Source: Chiloscyllium plagiosum
Taxonomy: Eukaryota
Length of the DNA: 64,000 nucleotides
Assembly (NCBI RefSeq): GCF_004010195.1
Contig: NC_057728.1
Location: 48,839,152 to 48,903,151 of the forward strand
Direction of reading: 5' to 3'
In this document: in pieces, positions 54,401 through 64,000 of the stretch
Layout of the letters: each line of letters opens with the position of its first letter
Numbering within the stretch: position 1 is the stretch's first letter
Made by a program: the position numbers and the translations under genes
The notes under the pieces: model-generated
The model's database searches: none
Seen by the model: only the letters and a program-made list of their open reading frames with translations
What the model was told of the DNA's origin: nothing

Positions 54401-57400
54401 ACTCGGGAACCAAATATCTGTCAAAAGATAAACATGATCAAACTTAATAATAGAATTCTAATCATTACACATAGCAAAGATGAGTAACGTTTCATACGGA
54501 TGACAGAAATTGAACATCCAAAGAATTCTCACACCTTAATCTTATCGGTATCCATACTAGTATTTGCTATCAGAATTTTCGCATTTTCAATTTTCTTGGG
54601 TTGGTTAACTCCAATTTTCTTATCCAAAAGAAAACCTGCAAATAATTGTACATAGTAATGAAAAAAATTAGACACAGCCTTGAAGAAATCTAAATAATGT
54701 TATTTTTAGAATTATCTGTAACTACTCTCTCCATAGAACACTATTACCATTTAATTTACAGCAAGGTGACAAAGTCTATTCCATCAATTATCAGTGAGCA
54801 CAATGAAAAGGTTTATACTGATTACGACTTGTGTCATAGATTTAAGAAAACAACTGTGCAAATCATTTCCCTCATTTGTGTAACATAGCAATAAATATTC
54901 AACTATATAATATATTTTCAATATTCTATGCCACAGAGTGCTTTTAAACCATTCCAGAGAGATTTCAAACTTGAAACAAGAAATCCTGGAAGGAAGGTAA
55001 AGAAAGACAAGAAACAACTTTGTGGAAAGCCACAAAATGCACCCAAGAATATTATATAATCTGTGACCGACAGTGAATTATTTTTTCAAAGTGAATTTCA
55101 TTTGGATTACAGCAACAGATGTTTCAAATATCAATGTACCTTTTTTTTTCAAATTCATCACCCAAATTCTACTTTCTAGACATTTATCTAGATTGTAACC
55201 TTTTCTAATGAATTATGAGCTAAATTACCTTCATCCAGGTAGGAATCAACTAAGCTCCCTCCAAGTTTCTTTATCACGTGAATAGCTTCAAGATTACCAG
55301 AACCTTTCAGTCTGACCACAGCGTCCACAGCCAGACTAGAAAAGTGATCTTTATAATGAGTAAGCAGCTTTGATGAGAGTGTGGTTCTTGCAATATTCAT
55401 CAAGTCTTCATAAAATTTAGCTTCATCATCCCTAATAAAATGTAGTCACAGAAACATTATAAAAGCTATAAGAAAACAATAATAATAATTTATTTCAGCA
55501 ACCTCATTTCAATTCTTTTAACCACATAATTATGCAAATTGATATAAAAAGCCCAAATGATTTAAGATCAAGTGATCCAACAAGTAAATAGTAAATATTT
55601 ATGATAGTTGGTAATTCTCAGCTTTCTGAGCACAAAATACAAAGGCTTGAGTAGGACAAGTAACACTCACCCCACCCCAATAAGAACAGTAGTGATTGCG
55701 AACTAACAAGGTGCTAATTTGAAAATTAGCATTGGACTTAAGTTTGCACATTACAAAACTTGAATAATAAGTAAAGAATGAGACATTTCCTCAAAATACA
55801 ATTATAAGGGTGCTACTGTTTTCCCTTTACATTTGACTGGTGAACAGTACGACAGACTATAAATTAGCATTATTAACTGGTGGTTTAAAAAACTTTTTTT
55901 TAAAATGTAGAAAATCTGAACCAGCTGAGATTTCTTCAGGCATCACTATACGTCTAAATCATGTACGTAGTTCAACACTGAAAATTTGGGTGCAGATTCT
56001 TTAATTTTACACTAAGCATTTTAAAAATAAATTATTTTGTATCTGGTCTGTAAAGATTTAAGCAGCAATCAATGGAATTCCAAAATTTTAGAACTGAAAA
56101 TTTGTCAAAGGTATAACATTAGATGTTTTGCTTGCAACATTTAGCAATAACTTGAATCAGCAGCAAATTTTGAGCACTTCATTAAAGAAGATCCCTTTCC
56201 TTTCACACTTTTTGAAAAAATATAAGAGTACAAAAATCTCACCCATGATCCACTGCAGCTTTTTTCAAAGCATCTCTTGCTGCTTGGGTTGCTTTCCTCC
56301 AGCCAGAAATGATTGTCTGAGGATGAAGCTTTTTAGCAATAAGTAATTCTGCTTCCTAAGGGATAAGAAATAGCTACACAATCAATAGTGACTCTTAACA
56401 ATGAATATAGTTTAATAGCAATTTTTACTGACAACTAACCAAGCATATGATCATAACATTCTCAATTCAACAACTGATTGGATTATTTATTTAGAAGCAG
56501 AAAATTATTCAGAAATATGGTGAGCAGTCCATAATTAAAGGCCCAAGACAGATCAAAACAAATTTGCAGTAAAAATGGTGATTGTACAGGACTTTTTTTT
56601 TTATATAAAAAAGGATAAGAGCAGATGCTCAAACATATAGAAATTGAGTTTTATCTGTTAATTAATTTGACCTAACCACATTATTATTCTGATGCATTAA
56701 TCAGATTAGCACAGCAGCAATGATTCACTCTTAAATCAAGTTTCCAAATTTGATGACAAGACACAATGTGGAGGCAATGTGAATAATGAGAAATATTCTG
56801 ACAGTATCATCTTGTACACCCTCTCGTGACATATAAAAAGTTGCATTTGTAGAAACAAAGTCCAAGGCTCTCCAACTTTCCTTTTTGTTGGCAAAAGTAA
56901 ATGTACTCAGTCACTATAACCATTAAGAATAAATTAACAGGCAAATTCACATTAAGGATACTTACTTGAAAGAAAATTATATGCCAAATGCAATTGCACT
57001 TTCATTACGTTAGTTGACATTTCTTAAATGCCATCTTACTCTACTGAAATTGAATACAGTTGGTTCTGCCATAATGTGGTAGTTCCGTTTTCATGCAATC
57101 CCACATTATAAGAAAATCGTGTAATAGCAGCATCATTTCAACGAATGGGGCCGGAATCGCATTCTAACCAAGACCCACTTCAAACGTTCACACTACAGAA
57201 ACAATATCCCCAATTTGTCAATCATGTTATAGCAAATTTGCATCAACGAAACGCGCATTATAGCAGAACAACCGGTTGTACTTTGGGTACATCCACTCAA
57301 GTCCAAGATTCTACCTGTGTCAATTAAAACTTCAATTTTAATTTTTTTTCAGCCCAGTGACATTTTTATTGAAAACTGTTTCTCAATAAACTAGTATAAC

Positions 57401-60400
57401 CAACATCATCAGCACTCCTCAAGCTGCTTCAGACCCAAATTAAAAAGTGAGCTCTAAAATTAATGATACAGATTACCGTTAGCACAATCATACGAATCTC
57501 TGAACAAATGTCAGCTCAGGCACCCGAACACTCAGTTCTTCAATCTTTTATAACCAACTGAACGGAAAGAAATCCATCAGAAAAATGATACCTCAGACAA
57601 TACAATATTTCCTTTACACTGCATTAGATATTATCTTGCTTGATACTCGAAAGCAGGTACACAGCACCATCATCAAGCCATAGTGATACCGTAAAACTCC
57701 ACTATGTCTCAACTTCATATTCCCCAGCAGCCTTGACTATTACATTCACGTAGTCACTTCCACCTCTTAGTCAAGTTCACTAATATTAAAATTGCCTGAC
57801 AGCAGGAACTCAAAGTTGTTTTCTTTTATTTCTGAGCATGTCCCCAGGTCTTCCCCACCTTGAAAGTCACATTAACCAAAGAAATTGGTGCTTCAAGACC
57901 ACCTGCCCTTCAATTACTGTCAATTGAACATTACATTTCATTTTGGCAGTTTCCACGTTTCCTTCTGATCTTTCCATCCTTTGCAGATACTGCACAATCA
58001 CATCCGAAATCATTTAAAAATCCATGAAATCCCTAATTACTTTGCTCCACCGATGCCCTGCTATCACAGTCCCTCATAGCAATTCCTCATCTTTAAAATA
58101 GCAACATCTATTTCTCCCAGAACTGGTACGCCACATTCTTCTCCACAAAAATGTATTCTAAATCCGCCATGCTTCCCAACTACCAATGTCAGACCTCCCA
58201 CTCTCCTCCAATGACTTGGAGAAAACATTACCTATATATACACACCATATATAATTATCCTTTACTGCTTCTTATTGGAGTCTCTAAATAGTGTTTATGG
58301 AGAGCACAGGTCCTTCCTATCCATATTACTTTCCCACCATATGTAAAATCTTGCAAAGATTACCAATTGCAAAGTGTTTCTCTTTATTATTCAATAAATT
58401 TAAATTTCATACTTCCATGCAAAACAAAACACTAGGCCTGCAATTTGGAAAATATAGCAACTCAACAAAATTTGAAATATCCAATTATCAACTCAATGTT
58501 TCTGTACTTTACTCTGTTCAATTATCTGATTTTCATTAATCCAAAATTAATTTCCCTAACTCCTCTCAATTTACAACCAATTACTAATTTAACAAGCAGG
58601 CAAGTTCAATACAATTAACAGTTGTAAAAATATAGAAGTATTCTGATGACAACTTCTTGCAATTAGAAAAAAGAAAACATTTCACTTACTCTCAAGAGTT
58701 CAGCTGCTAACACTGTCACAGATGTAGTACCATCTCCAACTTCTTCATCTTGTACCTTGGACAGCTCTGTGTAAAAGATCACTCAATTAGCAAACCATCT
58801 CCATTAGAAACTCTCCAGCCAAGAGAGTGTTATTCAGCTACAATAATAATTGCTTTTCCTTCCCTACAGAACCCATTTTTTTTGCCAAAATTACTGATCA
58901 GCCAAGCTCCAATACAAAAAGCTGCAAACTAAATAACTAAAGAGAAAGTTATTTCAAATTAACTTATGTAAATTTGAACACAGCACACCAGTGTTGCCTT
59001 CAGCAATTATCTTATTTGCCTGTTTCTATGGGGGTTAACTGCCATGCTCTCTAAATTATCTTGTACCTTTTGGGAGAATCCCCTGCAAAAGTTCATCCAG
59101 TCAATTTGACATATATGTACGCTGGTACATTAGAAAGCAACAGCATAAAGCCTAAGCCAAAGAAATCTTCAACAGCCTCATTCACAGTTCTACGCAGAGG
59201 CAAATTAAGTTGAAGGCCAACAGGCCACATACAGTTTTTTTTTAAAAAAGGTCCTTTACAATTCTACTCTTGACTCCAAGAACACATTTCAAGGCTTATT
59301 CACAGCCTGTCTGCACAACTGATAACCTTATAAATTCACAGAGTCCCTACAGCTTGGAAGCAGGCCATTCGGCCAAACGAGTTCACACCAACTTGGAGGA
59401 GCATCCCTCCCAGACTCACCTGCCCTACACTATCCCTACAACCCCCACGGCTAATTCACCTAACCTACATATCCCCACAATCACGAGCAATTTAGCATGG
59501 CCAATGCACCTAACCTGCACATCTTTGGAGTGTGGAAGGAAACTGGAGCACCGGAGAAAACCCACGCAGACAACGGAAGAATGTGCAAACTCCACACAGA
59601 CAGTCGCCTGAGGCTGGATTTGAACTGGGTCCCTGGCGCTGTGAGACAGCAGTGCTAACCATTGAGCCACCGTAATAACTTACCAACCAAAATTCTAGCC
59701 GCTGGATTATCAACACCAATAGCTTTAAGGATTGTTGCTCCATCATTGGTCACTGTCACAGAAGAATCTCTTCCACCACTCAGTAGAATCTTGTCCTAGA
59801 ACAGGAAAATCAATTCCTTTGAATGGGATATCCAGTTTTAGAATAAATAACACCTTAACTACTAAGCACCCCAAAGAATATTCTCTCTTATAAATCTCCA
59901 ATAATAAAATTAAACTGGAATGTAAATAACAATAAAAAGCCCGATCTCAGGTAAGCTATAAGCTTACTAAATAAAAGTGTAAACTTTTAAAGTGTGAATT
60001 TTGCTACTTACCATGCCTTTTGGACCCAAAGTACTTTTAACCAAATCTCCAACTGCAATGGCCCCAATAAAAGATGACTGAAACAAAGCATACACATCAT
60101 GTTGAAAATATTTTGTCCAAAGCAAAGTATAATTATAGTTTTGCAATGTTGAAGAAAAATATTCATAGTCTGATATCCAGTGATCAATTCAGTTCCAGAT
60201 CTGATCACTCTCCAACATGCCACTATAGAATGCATGTGATTGTCAAATAAATTTAGGACTCAAATGAAGTTGCAGAACATTCTTAAAATAAACTTTGTTG
60301 TTTTTTTCTTCTTGACACATCATGGTGGGGTACAATGAACTAAACAGAAATGTTCCCAGACCACCTGCCCAATTATTGACCCGAACAATAATTCCTCAAG

Positions 60401-63400
60401 TTTCACACACACGATTACGTAGAGATTTTGAAGATATGAAACAGACTGCTCATTAGTTACTCCAATAAGGTAGTGCACATTTGAGGCTGTGTAAAAACAT
60501 ATAAAAGGTACGACACTCTGAACTGAATAAAGTGGAGCACACAGAAAATTTAGAAAATTGCTTCAGAATATCAACAAGGACTGAAAAGTTTCAAAGCGCA
60601 TAGAGATCAACCACCTATACTAATCAAAATAAAACCAAACCTTCATTTAAGCAGATAGGGCTGATAAGGTTATTGTTGAAAAAGATAGCCATGATTCCAC
60701 TTTAATGCCTACAAATATTTTCAGCAAACCACATTACCCACCGATGCTACAATTTTGCTTTTAATTTTTTTCCCCCCACACTAAATGTGTCTTGCTAGAT
60801 GTATTATTCCAAAATGCCAATATGAACATTGAAAAGCTATTAATTTAAGCATTATTTGGACTGCTTACCAGACGTGCTGTCTCAGCTTTTTCTTCATCAG
60901 CTCCAGCTTTGAAGATGTTCACAGGGGCAAATGAAAGGGAAGCCTAACAAAACAATTCAACTTCAAATTAATATTACAAATTTCAATTATAAAAGAAGTA
61001 CTTTCAAATGACTAAATTACCATAGCCACAGCATTTTGTATTTTCAAATACAGAGCACTATCTTGTTGAAAAGTTGAACTACCTTTATTTGCACTTGAAC
61101 CACTGTATTGCTTGAGTAATGTCAATCAAGTGTATGCATGTCAGATTTAAGCGCAAGAATTTGAAAACTTCCAAGTTAAGCTGCAGTTCTCAAAGGAATG
61201 TAACTGGGCAACTCTAGTCATAAGACTACAGCAATTTCACTAAGTTAGTAAAAATACATAAGAAAACTGAAAACAGATAATGAAATTACTTTTTGCCCTA
61301 GGAGCAGATCAACAAACTCTCATCTCAGCTTTTATCACCTCAAAATGTTCTTCAGGGTGGCTTCCCATCGTCCACACTTGAAAAACCTGATCTGAACCAT
61401 AACTCTGTAACGCGTACCTTAACTTGTAATATCTATCACTGACCTATGTTTGTTCCAATTGCATAAATATGCATACTTAATCCTTGTGTTCAATTTTTTT
61501 CTTCTTCTTAATGGTTTCATTCTTTTCTCTCTCTCTCAACAACCACCGCCAGCCTCCTTATGCAAGAAAGGACATAACTGCATTAGAAGCAGTTCAGAGA
61601 AGGTTCATGCCACTCATTCTTAGGATTAAGTGCTTATTTTATGTAGAAAGGTTGAATAGGTTGAGCCTATTGCCAGTGGAGTTTAGAGGAATGTGTGGCA
61701 TCTTAGTGAAAAATAAGATCCATACAAATACGTAAGAGAAGACGAGTACATAAAAGTTAAGGCCACAATCAAATCAGCTTCAAAGACACAGCAGACATAA
61801 GCTCCAAATTCATTAGTTCATAACCCACAGAGAGCACTTCAATTATTCAAATTCGGGCCTCCTGTACATACAACATTCCTAAAGGCCTGGCACTCAACTT
61901 GGAACTCCATAAACAAACATGTAGAGTTAGACCCATATACCAAACACTAAAAATCAAAACCAGGTATGATTCCACCCACCTCAACAAACCAGGACACACA
62001 AATAGCAAGCAGAACAGAACACCAATGCTTCACTGGAGGTGTACTGATGTTACCGAGTATGGTGACAAAACGTCTGCAAACAAACTTACCAGGTCTGCAA
62101 GCAAGTCAACAACCTCATGCAATATTTCCTTCAGCCCAACACTGACAGTAATATCACTAACTGTCTCTGCTCTACGTTAGCCAAGTCCTTTCTCCTCTTT
62201 CAGACTCATCTTGGTTTTGTTGGCTGTGAACTTTTATAAACTAATCCATTTTCTCTAGATTCTACAAATTTGGCTCAAAGAAAACATCATCTCTGCACCA
62301 TGTCCAGTGCAATCACATTTCTTACAGTGCAGTGGCCAGAGTGACATGTTGTAAACCCACCATTTAATAAGTTCTGACATAACTTATGGGCGGCACGGTG
62401 ACACAGTGGTTAGCACTGCTGCCTCACAGTGCCTGAGACCCGGGTTCAATTCCCGCCTCAGGCGACTGACTGTGTGGAGTTTGCACATTCTCCCTGTGTC
62501 TGCGTGGGTTTCCTCCGGGTGCTCCGGTTTCCTCCCACAGTCCAAAGATGTGCAGGTCAGGTGAATTGGCTATGCTAAATTGCCCGTAGTGTTAGGTAAG
62601 GGGTAAATGTAGGGGTATGGGTGGGTTGCGCTTCGGCGGGTCGGTGTGGACATGTTGGGCCGAAGGGCCTGTTTCCACACTGTAATGTATTGCAATCTAA
62701 TCTAAAAACTTTAGATTAGATGTGAAAAAGGGTCACCTGACACAAAACATTAACTTTGCTTTCTCTGCATAGGTGCTGCCATACTTGCTGAACTTTTCCA
62801 GCAACTTGTGCGTTTTTTTGTTTCTGATTGACAGCATCCAAAGATATGCAGCTTAGGTGAACTGGCTATGCTAAATGGACTGTAGTGTTAGGTGAAGGGG
62901 TAAATGCAGGGGAAATGAGTCTAGGTGGGTTTCTCTTCAGAGGGTCGGTGTGGACTTGTTGGGCTGAAGAGCCTGTTTCCACACTAAGTAATCTAACCTA
63001 ATCATCCGCAGTACTTTCGGGTTTTTAAAATAACTTTAGACTTAAGTGGAGCACAAACAGGGACCGGTTGGGCTTTTGTTTGTGTGCTGTATACCCAATG
63101 CAACTTACCACCTTTTAAACGTTGCTCGGCCCTGCTAATACTCTATTCCTGAAGAAGGGCTAATGCCCGAAACGTCGATTCTCCTGTTCCCTGGATGCTG
63201 CCTGACCTGCTGCGCTTTTCCAGCAACACATTTCCATCTCTGATCTCCAGCATCTGCAGACCTCACTTTCTCCTCAATACTCTATTCTATGCCTCAACAA
63301 CCTGGGTAAGAGACTGGGGTCGTTGATTTAAAAGAAAATGCAAGGGGTAGTTGTTTCCTGGTTCAACTTAATTCACAATTTGAGCACAGCGCGGAAGAGG

Positions 63401-63920
63401 CTGTGCCTGCGCGCACACTTCCAGGATGAAGCTCCACCCTCAGGAGTGCTAGAACTTTCGGCGATGCGGCTTTTGTCCCAGAGCTGGGGATCGGTGGTGA
63501 CACTCCGCCCGACACGTGGAGGGGATAAAGGAGCGGCCAGAGGGCGGGGGCTTTCTCGGCCCCGGATTTGTTTCGAATTTAATTGTCCTCCTCAACCAGA
63601 GCCGATTCCGGCGCTTCCGGCCTCAAGTCTCTTCCCAATCTTCCCTCCTCACACACACACACAGATACGAAGCTCCCATCCCAGCGGTGAAAAGCTGTTG
63701 AGGGGGCAGGGAGTGGGGGACGTCGACCCCGGGGATGGGGTGGGGTACCGGGCCACCGGGAATATGCCCAACACGTGCTCGACCGAGAAGATCAAAGATT
63801 CAACTTGCCTCCGTTAACCCGCTTTTCAAAACGGGGGAGGAGGAGGAGGGTAGGCTGCTGGAGGGGGTGGGAGAGACTCCCAGGCGGTGTGTGGGGACTC
63901 GGACTGCAGGCACCTACCAT
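45441..63920 (-). CDS. CCT2: T-complex protein 1 subunit beta (CCT-beta), complete 16-exon gene, 535 aa
   Basis: complement(join(45441..45471,45786..45927,46042..46141,47229..47332,49098..49226,49384..49503,54089..54192,54290..54417,54535..54635,55229..55431,56243..56355,58690..58766,59684..59795,60012..60077,60869..60943,63918..63920)). Exon lengths sum to 1608 nt, phases are consistent, all introns are GT-AG. Translation [26 protein letters not shown]...GDGTTSV...[10 protein letters not shown]. Confidence 0.97.
45786..45927 (-). CDS. CCT2: CCT2 exon 15 (142 nt)
   Basis: (D)[46 protein letters not shown]. Confidence 0.96.
46042..46141 (-). CDS. CCT2: CCT2 exon 14 (100 nt)
   Basis: [33 protein letters not shown]. 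Confidence 0.96.
47229..47332 (-). CDS. CCT2: CCT2 exon 13 (104 nt)
   Basis: (G)[34 protein letters not shown]. Confidence 0.96.
48550..48890 (+). mobile_element. Old tRNA-derived SINE (same family as 15590..15852) in CCT2 intron 12
   Basis: gttcactaaatgtcatttagagaaggaaatctg...gtgactccaga core. Confidence 0.6.
49098..49226 (-). CDS. CCT2: CCT2 exon 12 (129 nt)
   Basis: (G)[42 protein letters not shown]; acceptor is AAG. Confidence 0.96.
49384..49503 (-). CDS. CCT2: CCT2 exon 11 (120 nt)
   Basis: (G)[39 protein letters not shown]. Confidence 0.96.
49606..51136 (-). mobile_element. Young CR1/HER1 LINE in CCT2 intron 10, across a gap
   Basis: [40 protein letters not shown], 3' tail. Confidence 0.92.
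50020..50443. other. Assembly gap
   Basis: Run of N. Confidence 1.
51137..51738 (-). mobile_element. Second CR1 3' fragment abutting the previous element
   Basis: [17 protein letters not shown] and CR1 tail. Confidence 0.85.
52940..53790 (+). mobile_element. Highly decayed CR1 RT/3' fragment
   Basis: aaacttgcagatgat (KFADD-like), aggattcaccagaatggtactggga, tail remnants. Confidence 0.6.
54089..54192 (-). CDS. CCT2: CCT2 exon 10 (104 nt)
   Basis: (R)[34 protein letters not shown]. Confidence 0.96.
54290..54417 (-). CDS. CCT2: CCT2 exon 9 (128 nt)
   Basis: [42 protein letters not shown]. Confidence 0.96.
54535..54635 (-). CDS. CCT2: CCT2 exon 8 (101 nt)
   Basis: (G)[33 protein letters not shown]. 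Confidence 0.96.
55229..55431 (-). CDS. CCT2: CCT2 exon 7 (203 nt)
   Basis: (G)[67 protein letters not shown]. Confidence 0.97.
56243..56355 (-). CDS. CCT2: CCT2 exon 6 (113 nt)
   Basis: [37 protein letters not shown]; tag| ... |gtgag. Confidence 0.96.
57057..57278. mobile_element. Tc1/mariner-pogo (Tigger-like) MITE in CCT2 intron 5
   Basis: TA on both sides; imperfect TIRs cagttggttctgccataatg / cattatagcagaacaaccg. Confidence 0.6.
58690..58766 (-). CDS. CCT2: CCT2 exon 5 (77 nt)
   Basis: (E)[25 protein letters not shown], containing the chaperonin GDGTT motif. Confidence 0.96.
59338..59673 (-). mobile_element. HE1-type V-SINE in CCT2 intron 4
   Basis: tRNA head and V-domain; starts about 10 nt after the exon 4 donor. 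Confidence 0.88.
59684..59795 (-). CDS. CCT2: CCT2 exon 4 (112 nt)
   Basis: [37 protein letters not shown]; tag| ... |gtaagt. Confidence 0.96.
60012..60077 (-). CDS. CCT2: CCT2 exon 3 (66 nt)
   Basis: [22 protein letters not shown]; cag| ... |gtaagt. Confidence 0.96.
60869..60943 (-). CDS. CCT2: CCT2 exon 2 (75 nt)
   Basis: [25 protein letters not shown]; ttgttag| ... |gtaag. Confidence 0.96.
61555..61720 (+). mobile_element. CR1 fragment
   Basis: [14 protein letters not shown]...ERLNRL. Confidence 0.7.
61872..62120 (+). mobile_element. PLE 3' end (family C relative)
   Basis: [20 protein letters not shown]; decayed hammerhead ctgat..gttacc gagtat ggtgac aaaacgtc tgc at 62044..62077. Confidence 0.7.
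62388..62705 (+). mobile_element. Full-length young HE1-type V-SINE
   Basis: gggcggcacggtgacacagtggttagcactgctgcctcacag..., intact CpGs, aatct tail. Confidence 0.92.
62720..63022 (+). mobile_element. Decayed family B PLE fragment containing a 5'-truncated HE1 SINE (62840..63002)
   Basis: aagggtcacctgacacaaaacatt motif; catcc duplicated at both SINE ends. Confidence 0.7.
63149..63275 (+). mobile_element. 127-bp solo PLE terminal unit (family A) with intact hammerhead core
   Basis: CTGAAGA A GGGC TAAT GCCC GAAA CG TC at 63149..63176; 12-bp TSD aatactctattc at 63137..63148 and 63276..63287. Confidence 0.88.
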
Positions 63921-64000
63921 GTCGGGAGCTCGAGCGTCGTCGTCTGCTCAGACTCGACCCAACCGCCGGAAGTTGCGACCTCCCCTGACCCGGAAGTTGT
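63380..64000 (-). promoter_or_regulatory. CCT2 CpG-rich promoter/first-exon region with two ETS motifs
   Basis: High GC and CpG density around exon 1; CCGGAAGT at 63966..63973 and 63990..63997. Confidence 0.75.
63918..63920 (-). CDS. CCT2: CCT2 exon 1 coding part (ATG only)
   Basis: Minus strand ...gacATG|GTAGGTG in a CpG-rich region; joins in frame to exon 2. Confidence 0.9.

Noticed and set aside
63338..63817. 159-aa ORF antisense to CCT2 intron 1
   Set aside because: Lies in GC-rich promoter-proximal DNA; no recognisable protein features

Overview
Vertebrate genomic DNA, almost certainly an elasmobranch (shark), inferred from abundant HE1-type V-SINEs and HER1/CR1-type LINEs. There are two protein-coding genes in convergent orientation, the same neighbourhood as in mammals. 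LRRC10 is intronless and very GC-rich (35077..35919, +). CCT2 (TCP-1 beta) is complete with 16 coding exons (ATG at 63918..63920, stop at 45441, - strand, 1608 nt, 535 aa, all GT-AG introns), and its CpG-rich promoter lies at the right edge. The rest is repeat-dense: many decayed CR1 LINEs, three kinds of tRNA-derived SINE, a Rex1-like 3' end, a probable solo LTR and a TA-flanked MITE. There are three assembly gaps. The most striking non-genic signal is a set of Penelope-like-element (PLE) derivatives from about five sequence families. Many are short fold-back palindromes with 12-17 bp target-site duplications. They carry a minimal hammerhead-ribozyme motif (CUGANGA-N-stem II-GAAA-NN-UH) with compensatory changes between families. 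One sits just upstream of LRRC10 and one in CCT2 intron 1. Gene and motif coordinates were counted by hand; decayed-repeat boundaries are approximate and repeat family names come from recognition, not a database search.
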